The position numbers and the translations under genes were made by a program. Below are positions 49,927-63,297 of a DNA stretch of 64,000 nt, in pieces. Source of the DNA: Ascidiella aspersa (lineage: Eukaryota); NCBI GenBank assembly GCA_963924565.1, contig OZ004607.1:6510001-6574000 (forward strand), read 5' to 3'. The notes under the pieces were generated by a model. That model made no database searches. It was not told the DNA's origin and worked only from the letters and a program-made list of their open reading frames with translations. The stretch's first letter is position 1. Each line of letters starts with the position of its first letter.

Positions 49927-52900
49927 CTACTTGGGGATCAGGTGGTTAATGCTCTGTCTCTTTTCGAGCTTCTTTTCCATGTCAATGAGGAGCGACACAC
50001 CGTCGATGACTTGCTGCACCAGCTCGACCTGTAATAATGCACAACGTAAGCGGTCAGTGGCTAACTCGCTAATTTAAATCACAACAACAACTACAATGGC
50101 CATTGTTTGGCCGTTCTTCTTTGTGTGTGTGCGCGCGCACGCTGTTTGTTTTGAAACGAGTTGCGATTTAGGGCTGAAAAGGGCAACGTAGTGGCTAATA
50201 GTCTTTTGGTTTTTCAGATGAAGCCACGGTTACGGCTGGAAATTTATAAAGCTACACAAAAATGAAACGAAAAAAAAGGCAGCAAATCCATTGTGACCTA
50301 AATACATATATTAACTATTGTTTATTTGATATCAACATAATTACTAAAAAATGTGGCCGACGGTTACAAATCACTTGAAACGCGATCACAGAACTGTTAA
50401 AAGCGTGTTCCAGGATACAAAACTACCAAATATACCTTTCACGACCGACTTTCGTGTCCATAGCTGCGAAATAACCCACGATGCCTAGAGCATTGCGACT
50501 CTATTACACACATCTCTGTCAGTTCTGCGAGCAAAGGCAATAAAGCGAGCGGCACCCACCTCGGATTTGCCGAGTCGGTCCAGGTTTGAGATGTCGAAGG
50601 TTCCTCCCACAGCAGCGGTGTCCACTCCACCAGTTCCGCGCTTCTGCAGGCGCAGTTTAAGCAGGATCTCGTTGAAGCGGGGCTCCTGCGTGGAAAGTAA
50701 CGACCGGTAAAAATTTTGTCGCACGGCTAAGGGCGGCGAACGGCTAGGTAACAGGGATGGAAGCGGCGGCTTTTGGGGTTGCGATTGATAAGGAGACAGG
50801 TTTGCTAAGGTTGCTGTGAGAATTTAGCACACAAGCTATAGTCCTTGCGCAATTGATCAATTGCTCAAGTCGAGTCGTAAAGGAAGACAAGCAGTTTGCC
50901 TTTTAATGAGAGTATTGTCATCGTTTTTTAACCCGAGGTATTTACCTCTGGACATGCAGTACATCAGCTGCGTTGGCGTTCTATATTAACAAAATATATT
51001 TTTTTTAACTGAGGTTATCAGGAAATCATATCAGGAACACTGCGAAATCCTTCTTCCGCTTTAAGACTTTAAATAGAAAGTTATTAAACATAAAAAGTAA
51101 CTCAACCTCGCCATGATTTAGGTTCCCTAAATAATATACAAGATGAACTTACTCGATTTTAGGTCTGAACAACTGAACGTGTATAATGTGGAGAACGGCA
51201 TACATGCCTTAAAACCAACCCAATGCTTTAACAGGGAGTCGACGTTTTTTTCTAGAGTTTCTTTCTATTTAAATTTTTACATTATAAATCACGAACCTGT
51301 GCGAGCTTTGGGATCTTAAGATGGACTCCGCATCGCAGCCCGTTTCCGATGTTGGAGGGACAGGTAAGGATGTAACCCAGGTTGGGGCTCTTCTGGAACT
51401 CCCATCCGCGCGCCTCGATCAGGCGCTCGACCTCGTTCAGGCCCCCGCAGAAGCGCTCGAACACTGACTATAGGAGATTTAAAAAGGTTAAGATTAGTGA
51501 CGCTTGGAATCTATGGGATGCGTAAGGGCCGAGGTCGCTGGTTCGAATCTAACCGCCGGTCATACTTTTTATGGCGAAGAAGCGCTGATTTTTTGTGCAC
51601 TCTATGCAACGCCGAATGAGCGATGGGAATACAAAACTAGGAAAATGCCAGGTGATAAAATGAATAGGCTTTTAAAGAGCCATTGTTGAAAGTTCGAATA
51701 TCGCCTCTCCCTTTTTTGCTTTTTTAGCAACCAATATGAAATATTTAGCCGACAAAATAAAATACGTTGAACTGTTGGTATGCGTGCGGTTTTCGTCATT
51801 GACTATGGTGTATCGTTTCCATTTTTTGTTAATGGTATTAACCTCGACTAATTCTTTACAAAAATCAAATCAAAACTTATTGGAGTGAATTTGTACTTTG
51901 TGACAATTATTCGTAGCTTTGTCTATAATTTACCAAGCTTTGGATGAGATGGGTTAATCAAACAACAACATAGTTACGGCAAAGACATGGTTACTGTATA
52001 TAGAAGACGACCGCTTGTTTTTCTAATCGCACCGAAACTGTCGGGAGTCTTATAATAAAATGAGTCATATGGCAACAAAGCATGAAAAGACTGTGGCGTA
52101 AGATTTTAAGGTAGAATGACAGGGGAAAAATCGTTGCCGCCTCTAAAACCGTTAAGATAAGCGCAACTCTCACCTTCATGTTGCCTCCCTGTTCCATGGA
52201 GATGACGCGCGAGTGGTCCTCCTCGTTGATCCAGACGAGGAAGTTCTTCTTGGCGTTGTGGAAGATTCCGCGGCCGTCGGGCCAGTCCCGGGCCATGCCG
52301 GCCGACGTCAGGAGCGGGGACACCGGCTTGTCGAACAGGAAGTGGTCCTGGAAGGGATGATGACGTCATAGGTAAAGTTTGCATGACGTCAGGGGTGATT
52401 TTATGAAATGAGCGCGGCAATCGTGGCGCTTACACAAATGGTTGGAGTACTTTTACAAATTGTCCAAATTTTAATTAGAGGAATGCGTGGACGAATCAAA
52501 TTCAATGTTTTTGTTGTTTTATTAAATCTACCATGGTAAATTTGTTCTATTTTATTGTTAAGGATATAAACCGTTCACTGGTGAATTCTACAATAAAACG
52601 CGCAAATCTTGGCTATACGAAATTTTCCATTTCTATTTGTATAGTATTAATATATTGATTTGGTACAAATTTATTGTGAATTTATCTTAATAAGTTGTTG
52701 TGATAATAATCTATCGAAAAAAAAAACTGTAAAAATCTGGTTTTTAAAGTCCATTCAGCAAAGCGCAACCTATGGAGACACACATCAGCCACAAAAGTCA
52801 CTTTTTGGCTGAGGATCGTTTTTTAGGAAATATGTTTTGTTTGAAAATGTCGAATTAATCAAGTCACTGTAATATACCGGGGCGTAATACCAACTATATA

Positions 52901-55900
52901 AAATCACGAATAAGAAATCTCTGAAAAGCGGCGCCCAAACATATCATCGGCAAAACAATTTTTTTTCGAGCGTTAATTCCATTCGATAGCGGATTTTTCC
53001 TATAGCCGTGCTATAGGAAATTTTACAAGGCCGCGACTTTGCGGCTTTCTCGGCGGGTCGCGGCAGTTTGTTCTGTCTTGTTCGGGTCACAATATTTAAA
53101 TTCGAGTCAGCCGTTTTGTTCGCCAAGTGTAAGGCGATGACTCGGCCTGATTTTTCTCGTGTCTTTGCGGTTCTCGGGGCGTTCGATGGGATCCGTTCAG
53201 CAAATTGCAGCAAGGTTTGGTTTATTTGATGCGCGGACCAACCTGTTTTACCACGGTGCACAAACCGAAAACTGCTGCAAGGTCGTTGTATTAATTTGCG
53301 GCGATTTGCTGTGAAGCACCTCCGCTAGAAATCGCTAAAGAGTTTCCAGAAAAAAAGGAATTTTATTCGGTTCTACTGAGCTACTGGGATGCGCTGTAAT
53401 TTCGCATTTGAAACGATTTAACGAATTTATGTCCACGTAATATTGGCCATCACAATACGGTGTATATTGTTTCGAAGTACAGGAACGGACCACCGGAGCA
53501 AATCACGAGATAACTACTGCTGGCATCTTTTTTTGTGGCAATGAAAAAATAATTCCTGGAAACAGAATGTTTGGTATGTAGTAGGTTAACAGTGATAAGT
53601 TGTTGGTTTATAGTGGAAAATATGATCGTATGTAACAAAGAAAAAAGGCACTTGAGAATTAATACATTCGGTTTGGCCAACTTCACTGTTTTAAAATGAC
53701 TTGACTTGGGGGTTCAAATGAAGGGTTTTCAAGCATTTTTCATTGTAAAATTTGGTTATCCAATGTTTTCCACGTAAAACAATTTACTGTTGCGTTTTGT
53801 GTTATTTTTTAGTTAAGTTACTGCACATAATCATATTATTTTACCAATTTTAATAGTTGAACGTTTAATTTTATGACTTGACTTGACTTGGACTGAAGTT
53901 GTTTCAAAATTGACTTGACTTGGACTAAGTTTTTTTTTAGAAATGACTTGACAGGGACTTGAATTTTTTTAAATGACTTGACTTGGACTAAGTTTTTTTA
54001 CAAATGACTTGATCTGGACTTTAATCATTTCAAAATGACTTATTTACAACACTATTGACTCACGTTGATTAGCTGTTCCTGTTCGGCGTCGGTCATGTTG
54101 GTGAGGGAGTAGTAGGTTCCGGCCAGGTCGCCCTTGAGGCCCTTGAGTGCATCGGTGACCACGCGTTCCACCTCACGACGCTCGGCACGCGAGCACACAG
54201 GTGGGTGGGGAATTCCCCGGATGGCGCGACCGGTGCGGACGCGAGACGAGAGAACGTATCTGTGGAAAATACGGCAAAGGTGAGGGAACGGGGGTGATTT
54301 TTACGAAATGCCCGGCGTCAGAGAACAAAAGTGGACCGTTCTTTCACTTTAAAATCGACAATGTTTAGCAAAGGATGGAGGTGGGTTCTTGTTCAACGAA
54401 GGCCAACGAAACGCGGCTAGAAAAGAGCTTCCCGTAATTGGGTAGTGGCAAACATACAGCATTCCTGTAAATCTGCTTGAATACCTGCAAACTTGCGCTA
54501 AATAGAGTCGAGCGTCACAATATTTTCACCCGTTTTATACAGTTTCCGTCTTATACCTATTTTACAGGGGCGCAATTGATGCGACACCAAGAATTCAAAT
54601 TCCTTCAAACCGAAAATATGGCATTAGAAATTGCCGAAACGTTTGAAAATAAAGCATGTCGCTTTTAACGTCTATTTGGGCCGTTATTTTCACCATTAAA
54701 CTTATGAACAGATCCGTATATAGTGTTCCAATTAAAATAAATAGCCGCAAAAGATTGCCAAAAATGGGCCTTTTGCAAATTTACGTCCATAATGCAGAAA
54801 TGGAATATGAAATCCAACTCCGCCGCTTAAATGAGAGTGGAACCATTTTCATTTTAATCCCCTGATTTTGGCGTATGTTAATAAACCCTTGAAACGGTCT
54901 CAACTACACGAGTGTCCAGGTTTTGTTACCTGTGTTTCATCGAAAAAAATACTCTCATTTAACAGAAATGCCGCCCCTGTTTTTGTACAAAATCCGTAAA
55001 TGTTTTTTTCTAGCTTAACCACCTTTTCATTCAGCAAAACAGAAACGCATACGTCTTGACAATGTGAACACAAATAATTTTTTCCACTTACTTTTCGTCG
55101 AGCTTTCCGCCGACAATCTTGCTTGGGTCGAGGTCGATGGGGTGCACCATGGTCTCTGCGTCGTAGCCGTTGTGTCGCTCCTTGATCACTGGGTAGAAGA
55201 GATCCTTGAACACCTGTGGAAACCAACGAGCAACGTGTTAGTTAAGTTTAAGACACCTCTTTTTCCACTGCGCTTATTTTAAACAATATGACGCTCGTGG
55301 ATTGGCGAAGTGGCTTCAAAGTTCATTAAAACGGCATATAGCTTTAAAGCAAAAGCGTGTATTGATTGTAGCTTAGCAAATACACTCAGCTCATTAAGAA
55401 TCACACTATGCTTGTAATATTTTTATATATACATAATATATATATATATATGGGTTGCTAGTGTCACGATTAATAACAAAAAAACAGAGTTATCGACATA
55501 TCAGCATTTCATCGAAGGGTTTAGGACGGTTCTACATTAGCCAAGTATACTTAAGTTGAGATCATGACAAGTGTTTTACAACTGAGAACCTTAAGAATAT
55601 GATTTCAAATTTCAACAGAGTCTTGGTAGTTAGGGTATTGAGAAACGATATTCTAAAACTCACCGCTTGTTTAAAAGAAAGAAAAAAAAATCACCAAAAA
55701 TAAACAATCGAATTTTTCATTATCCTAAGTGTGGGTTACCTACGGCGTTACTTGAAGGTCAGCGCTTAGAACCACAACCTGTTGATAATCTATAAACCCT
55801 GTTCTTTTAAAAAGCAGCGATAGAAATTTTACGCGTTCTGTTACTTTGGCGTCCCAAGGGTATCGAGTTATTCCGGTCGCGGCGTCCCTCGAAAAGAGGC

Positions 55901-57271
55901 ATAAGGCATGGCGTTTCTGGGGCGGCGAATCTCAACAAGCGACGCAACAATTCACCCCGGGCGTTGGAACAATAACGCGGAGAAACACAATCTGGCAAAG
56001 CGGCTACGACTCGGGCGACCTTTGGGGCGAGCCTATTGTGCACTTACAGTAAGCACACCGGCACCGAATTAGAAACGAGTCCCGGCAAAGGCCGCGGCGG
56101 ATAGTTGAAGGTCGTTTGTTTGACCGTGGAAGCACGGATGAAACGCCTTGCTATTTTTCGACGGGCAACTGTTGGGCGAAGAATATATACGCCGGCATAT
56201 TAAACGGCCCATCGGAACGCGATATCGATCTTTTTCGGTGTATTTGTGTCGTTATTTGTACGGCGGCTGATTGATTCGGGCGGCGTTTCGACAAAGAGCC
56301 GTTTTTTTATTTTTAGGCCCATTTTCGCGATTTATTGCCACGCTAATCGCCTGTCGCCAAATATACGCCCGCTATGGACCGTGTGTGAGTTGGACTGGGT
56401 GGCGTTTGTGGCGCGCAAATACAAACAAGTGTTGGAATTTGGGGGTAAACCGGCATGTTTAAGTGGCAGGTTTTTGTCACGAATAGACACTTTTTCAATT
56501 TTTCTGACAAAATGCATAGTGGTTATTAGTGTATTTTGTTAAATTGAAGCCTGTATATTTAGTAGTGCAGGTTTTGTTGTTTGAATTTGAGCTCAAAAAT
56601 ACAACGAGGTAGATAAGGGACACTTGCAAAAAAGTTTAGTGACGCTAAAAATAAATTATATATTTTATTAAAGTAGCGTTTTGATGAACATGTGTTGGGA
56701 AAGGAAACTTTATACAAAATACAAACATGTAAAATTCAAAAACAAGTCGCATAGGTAAACATATGACCCTAAATCACCTATGGTCTGTATAACTGGGCGT
56801 TGCTTATTACTTCATTGAAAAAACACACCTCTGTTAGTTTAGCAAAATATACAAAATTTCGTCATGTTTCTGTATCGGCCGCTGCTTTGTGTATTACGTG
56901 CTAGGCGTGCTTTCGACAGGTATTTTATTGTTTCAAAAGCGTGTGGTAGGAAAAAGTTAGAGGAATACGTGTGAAACTTTCGTTCGATTCTGATTTACAA
57001 TGGAGCATGCCATAGGTAGGGTTTAAATATTATCGCGATCGGCAAAGTTCGAAGCATTTGCCTTATACTAACCGTGTAGGACTCCTCGTCGGCGGCGGTC
57101 AGGCCGACAATGTCGATGAAGGGGTGGCCGATGTTGTCGACGCCGGTCTGGATGCACTGGTCCAGGGTGAAGCCGTTCGGGGTTACGACGTCGCGCAGCT
57201 TGGCGTAAACTCCCGGCGTCAGATGGCGCTTCATGATGTTGTGGTGAAGGCTCAGGTCGGGGAAGTCGGCG
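49927..57271 (-). CDS. CKMT: Creatine kinase, mitochondrial type (7 coding exons identified; N-terminal presequence exon not located)
   Basis: Exons 57271-57073, 55213-55092, 54259-54064, 52347-52174, 51467-51297, 50685-50560, 50028-49927; GT-AG, phases consistent. Motifs [93 protein letters not shown] and NLDRLGKSE are mitochondrial-CK-like. Confidence 0.93.
51488..51565 (+). mobile_element. tRNA-derived SINE remnant
   Basis: B-box context gaggtcgctGGTTCGAATCtaaccgccggtca; no complete tRNA fold. Confidence 0.45.
53690..54054 (+). mobile_element. GACTT-repeat MITE family copy abutting a CK donor site
   Basis: Ends aaatgacttatttacaacacta; shares its interior with 34690-35077. Confidence 0.75.
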
Positions 57272-57341
57272 CTGGAAAAAAAACGAACAAAAAAACATGA
57301 AAACAGCGCCGATTGTCGTTGTAGCTGAAAGTGTTCTAAAC

Positions 57342-57593
57342 CAGTGGTTCTCAACCTTTTTGGCTTGCGGACCAGTACATTTTCAAAACAAATTTTGCGG
57401 ACCGATGGACATTCAAAAATCACAATCAACTCAAAATATAATTACGACAAACGTATGCAACTTCTAAAGCAAATAATGGAAACTTCCATTGAATGAGCAA
57501 TTTGCTGCTGTCCCATTTTGCGAAAAAAAAAATCGTAATATATTTGAAGGACCGGGAGTAAAGTTGACGCGGACCGTCGGTTGAGAACCACTA
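57342..57593. mobile_element. hAT-type MITE
   Basis: TIR cagtggttctcaacc...ggttgagaaccacta; TSD ttctaaac/tcctaaac. Confidence 0.88.
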
Positions 57594-59678
57594 TCCTAAA
57601 CTGTTTTTGCATGTTTTATTGAACAATGATATGGAACTGTAGATCCAGTTTTTCCGACTCTATAGGCTGCTTGCTAGGTTTATTAATTCACATTGTCGGA
57701 AAACCTTTTCCATTCCCCATTTTGACTGCGCTAGGTGTAAGGCGAAAACATGGTGCAAGAAATAGGCGGACTTTCAGTCTGTAAAAAGGAAGTCATCTTA
57801 CTAAAGCTACCACGCATCGTGAATAATGTTTTGATAAAGCTTACGATGAAAGTAGTTGACAAACACAAGAGCAGGCTACCTATCACATAGTTTGCAAATT
57901 AAAAAAAAATCGATTGATATGATTTCTTACCACCAGAGTATATTACTATACTCTTGTTTAGGGAAATAAGTGAGTATTGAACAGTGCTAGTTAAAATAGA
58001 ATGTGCAAGCGGATGTTTCCAGAACATAAGCCACAGTTTAGCGAGAGCTGTCAGCCAAATCTCTCCAGATATCTGCTTTTGTAATTTGTGTTAGCAGATC
58101 TGAACCCTGTCGCCAGGAACCAGACAAGCCTGCAACGGCAGCAAAATCCTTAAGGAAATAAACAACAGGCCTTCATGGCCAACAATTTATGGCCACAGTA
58201 ATAGCAGTCGGCTCTATTTTTTCCTTCCACTTTCTTTCAGAGCGTTTTCACCCCTAACACCACAATAAGTTAAAACGAAACCAGGACGTAAAAAGTGAGC
58301 CTCATTTCGGAAAGCGATCGCGTAAACTGGCCAGGGGTAGATTTGTGGTTAAAAAAAGAGCGCCCGGCCTTTTTGAAGTGGCCACGCGAGGCCCGGAGGC
58401 AAACGAGCAACGCAAGCACTGTAAGCATCAGGTGCATAAGTCGCTGACGTTGTCGCGACGCCGAGCAATTGCAATCAATCAAGGGTCGAGCTCGTCGACT
58501 GGTTCAGGCGGGATTTTTCACTCGACGAGGAAGTAGTAGTGTGTGTTGCGCTGTCTTGAGGTGTACCTTGGTTGTTTTGAACGTTGGTGAAAAACAAAAG
58601 GGTGATGCGGGGGCCGCGACGTGGCTTAACTTAATGCAGCGGCGTTACGCATGTCAGACAAGGGATGAGATTCGGTTTAGGTATGCGATTATGGTTAAGG
58701 CAAGCGCTCCGTGCGCTAAAGTGCATCTGCATCACTGCTTCTTTTTCTGGGAATTGGTTGGTAACGTTCAGAAGAAAGCTAACTTAGCTTAGTGGGCTAC
58801 ACGGGCGAACAGTTAGTTAAGAAAAACGCCGCGTCAGAGTTGAAATTTGTGATTTTTTAGCGATTTAGTTGTAAGAATTATTTAACGATTTAGTTTTAAG
58901 AAAAAATTAGCGATTTAGTTGTAAGAAAAAAATGGTTTGCTTTGTCCTTTTAAGCGTGTTTTCTAAAAAAAACTATTGCAAGCACCGCAAATCGCTATCT
59001 TACTCATTATATGGTTGACTTTTATTCAACAAGTTACACATTTAACAGTGGTAATTTTATGTTGTTTTTTTTTCGACTTTCATCTTAGAATTCTAGATGC
59101 CTAATGTACGCAATTAACTGAGCGCTTCCAATCTAATTCATTACACCGCCCATGTTTTAGGGTCCTCGATGTATTTTATATATTAATTTAACGAGGTAAA
59201 GAGTCCGTTATTTTTGTTGCTTTGTCTATCGGCGATTTTTTTTCGTCGTGATGAGGTTTAGATACGAAAGGTGGGAAAAAAACAGTATGTATGATAAAGT
59301 TTGTTAAAAACAAGACAGCCAGCCGCCTACGCTCAGTGGTACAAAATTCGCGGAAAAGCTGATCGGCGCGATGTGCATATTAATCACTCCCGACAAGCAA
59401 CAAGGTTTTTCAGGAAGCCGAACGGCATTTCTTTGTAAAAATTCTGTGGCGAATCGGTAGCCCAGAAGCACAAATTTTGGTCAAGAAAAACAGTTCTATA
59501 TATACTTCGAGGAACCACGTTCGTGAAAAGTTCCAGGCTCCTATTCCTGTGGACGCGTTTGCGCTTTTTTTCGCCGTTATCAATCTTGCTATAGGCTGCC
59601 TAAGGCGCGGTTCCCGTTCTATACCGCGTACCGCAGGAAACAGGGTAAAAAGAAATGGAAAACAACAAGCGTCTAAAC

Positions 59679-60349
59679 CAGGGGCGGGCAACTTCTCCAG
59701 TCGGCGGGCCAGATATGAGAAAATAAAGTACTTGGCGGGCCGGATTAAGTACTGCCAAAGCTTGCATGTATTGGCGCATAATTGCGGCTAAAGTTGTACT
59801 ATTTAAAAACGGCAACACTTTTATTGCACATCAAACATACTGCTTTCTTCGCGACGTAAAAAATAAATTAAGTACAGAACTTGGTAAACCAAAAATCAGT
59901 AGTTTGAATGTTATAAGATAACAATATTTCGCTACTAAAAGCATCAATACTTTGTAGCGAAATATATTCATCTTATAACATCCAAACATTCTTTATGATT
60001 GATGTGCAACCATAATCGTTTGTTTTCACCATTCGGATTCAGGCAGATTTTGTTATTCGAAAGAAAATTCTGATTATTGCCGACTTGCGTGAAAAAGTAT
60101 TTTTACATCCAACCCTTGTTAAATTCGCGACACTCTTCGTCAAACTTACGTTTCTTAGTAAATCCATGGGAAAATATTTATTGCAAATTCGAAATATAAT
60201 GTTAACACAAAACAAAGATTCTAAAAACACAAAGAAAACAAAGAACTAAAGAATAAATAGCAATCACTATTATTTGTGGGCCACAACCGGAAACTGTCTG
60301 CGGGCCGCTCAAAATCCGTCGCGGGCCGGACCCGACCCGCGGGCCCTTG
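59679..60349. mobile_element. hAT-type MITE with damaged right TIR
   Basis: Starts caggggcgggcaac, with gcgggcc subterminal repeats at both ends and a perfect TSD gtctaaac (59671-59678, 60350-60357). Confidence 0.8.
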
Positions 60350-61035
60350 GTCTAAACGCACTTCTAAAACATTGTGCAGAGGAGAAGGACACGCATAGCA
60401 CAAACGCGATTATAAGCAAAGCGGTGACGTGTTGGCAGTTTCGCCGACCTTGGTGGTTACGACAGGGACTTTATTCAGCCTTTAGTCGTTTACGTTGCTA
60501 AATCCGCGTGTCAGAGTTTAGAGACAGTATAGCAGGGCGTGAGGACTTGTACGTTTAAGAAAAATCCACCGTACCATAAGTTTAAGTAATGCGGTATAAC
60601 CAGGGCCGCTATACTGTTTTATTTATAAGTTTGTCTTCATTTTCGAGGTGTAAGTCTAAGAAAATTACTGTTCTTATTTCAAAGAAATGTGACGTATGCC
60701 CCCTTTCTTCTGATTCAAACAAAGTAACGATTGTGAAGGCAAACGAATTTATATTTTTTCTAATTTTCAACGGTTCGTCAAACTGTGGTAGCCCAAGGTA
60801 TACAAATTAAAGGGACTGCCAAATACAACCGTCAGTTTGTAGCCTATTGGATATGGCGTTGCCAGAGATAGAAAAACATGTTATGTATATATAATAGGCA
60901 AACTAATAATATATCCAGGTTAAAAGATAACAACTGAGTTGTGCGTCGTCCTCTTATTGCTTTTTATTTTAACGTGGTTAGCGCATTTTATCTCCTTTTT
61001 TTGTTTCGTTTTACTTTGCGTGGCGTTGTTACATT

Positions 61036-61074
61036 CCCTGATAAAACATCCTGGTTAGGCAGCCGAAACGTCGG
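61036..61074 (+). pseudogene. Decayed Penelope-type hammerhead motif of a second family
   Basis: CC-CUGAUAA(core G8 mutated)-...CCU(GGUU)AGG...-GAAA-CG-UC^-GG, preceded by a T-rich tract and followed by AATAAA. Confidence 0.5.
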
Positions 61075-63297
61075 TAAACAAATAAATACGAAGGAAAGAA
61101 CATTTTTCAGTATATATATCAAGGTTGATAATTCTTAGACTCACTAGCTGTTAAGTGGGGTGTTTTGTATAGTCTTCATTTCCTGTGCATATAGAGTTAA
61201 TACAAAATGTGTCGGACAATTTTTTGCCCCTAGGTCCAATAGGATAACGTGACTGATATCAATCGACAACGGTTGATTTGCCTTTGCGATTGGAAGAATC
61301 GGCCTGCAATAACGACTGGCCCCACAGTTTTAAATTGCCGGGGAGCTTTCACGAAAGGTAAACCCGCAATGAGCCACGACGACGAATCAAATTGTTATAT
61401 AAGCAAAGGTTGATTCAACGAAGCCATATACCGTTAATCAGGCACGCGGATTTGAAATTAGCGTCTGAAACTGAACACCATTCCGGCTTGCTTTGAATAT
61501 AAGCCTACAATGCAAGACTGTCGATGTAGAATAGACAGAGGCGGAGATTGACGTTGGCAAGCCGCCTGAAACTTGCCAATACATATTTCTGTATAAAGTT
61601 TTGCAACGCATTAGAATTTCGCATCGTTTGGCACATTTTCGACTGTTTTTATTGTTTGTAAACCGAATGATGGCATTTTCGAGTGAATACGCCGCAAAGT
61701 ACTAACCTCGACTACATATTTCGATATTTCAGGCAGACGTTTAGGCGCGTCAAATCCACTCGTGATGTGTGAGTGGCCCACGCTGCAGTGTTAGTCACAC
61801 ACAGAACTGATTTCTAGCAGGTGTGAATCGGCAGCACACTTTTGAGGTCCCGAACATTACGTCACGTGTTCAGGAGTCTGTTTCCCCACTACTACTACAC
61901 TACTATTGGTACTAGTGCTGCCGCTACATTGTCTGTCGTGGTCATCGTGATTCTCATTTCAGCGAGGATTTTTCACGAGCTGGCTAAAGGCGTCCTCGTC
62001 TTACCGTTGCACAAGCACAGAAATTTGCCCAAGAGAGCGACGAAGTTTACATATAGGTGAGTTGACGATGAGGTTTTTACGACTTTTTGCGGCCAAAGCA
62101 ATACATTAAGTGTTTTTTAACAAAGGTAAGATTTATGCGGTAAACGGAACTAGCCGTAAGAAACTGTTGCTATTGTTTGTTTTTTAATATCTGTCAGCTA
62201 CAACGTAAGAGTTAAGATTTTTTCAAGATTCTATCAAACTTTTATTGCGTAGCATATTTTTATAATTTATGTATAGCTTACGATTTTTTTATTTCTCGCG
62301 AACAAATTTGTTTAAAAATTTGTAAACGGTTTTGGTGTTTTTTTGTACGTTTTTTCGACGCTGTTTAGCTACTGCGGTGCCTGTATGAGAAGATTGCGGT
62401 GTTCTGAACGTACATCTAGTAGGCATTTTTTGTCACGCAGCCAAGTCGTATCCATTCGTATAGCTTTGGTTATACGTTTATAGCGAACGCTGTCAACACA
62501 GCAATCGCGTATACAATCGGGAATATATATATACGCAAATTGCAAGGCCCCACCCCGGCATTATACACGTATATAGCCCATTGCTGTTGCCCAAAGTCTG
62601 CGCATCGTCAAAATCGCGTCACAGCACGTTAGTTGATGTACACGTCGCATATAGCGGTGACGTACCTACCAATATTCGGCCGTGCAAGAGCTTTTCGGGA
62701 CAAGGAAACTCGCTTTGTTGCGCCGACGAGCGCTAAACGTCGAGACTTTACTCACGCCTTTGTTCCTAAAAGAACGACTTCCTCCCATAGCCGCAGAAGG
62801 CGCCTTGTTAGTATAGTAAGGCGTGAATTGATCGGGATCGCTTCGGACCGAAGAATTGTTCGGATATCTCACAAACGCCTGCGTATGACTGGAATGCCAG
62901 AGCAGTCGCTCTATTAGCGTTTTAAAGCTTCAACGTGACACTGCGCAAATAAATACTCGCGCCTTTAGATTTCGATCAGTTTCAGGGTCACTTGGACAGC
63001 GCCTTGTACGATCTGCAGCTCGTTTTCAATGCCAGACAGAGGTTTTGGTGCATCCTTACTGCATTCGCGCCAGCCTCGTTGCGGTCAGACAACAACAGCC
63101 TAAACGCAGCGGCTTGTTTCCGCAAATTGCAGGATTATTGTATCTGCTGGAAACAGCAGCCTGTGTACACTGTATATGCACACTGGTCTATAGTGTGTGT
63201 CCAAAGAGGTCCTTAGCGTTAATCTTAACTTAATCCATGGCCATTCTCGGATCTCTTGCGATACTTTCTGTTTAAGATTCGCATACCGACGATCAGC

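Noticed and set aside
55807-56542. CpG-rich block with several short ORFs in a CK intron (possible nested gene)
   Set aside because: No recognisable domain and no consistent exon chain; could be regulatory or TE-derived but is unsupported.
59238-59283. GTGATGA...GAAA hammerhead-like string
   Set aside because: Core C3 and the cleavage triplet are wrong and stem II is poor; indistinguishable from chance.
59630-59660. Minus-strand TLFPA|gtacgc as the end of CK exon 1
   Set aside because: It resembles LFPxS but ends in phase 0, whereas the next exon needs phase 2, and there is no upstream ATG before a MITE.
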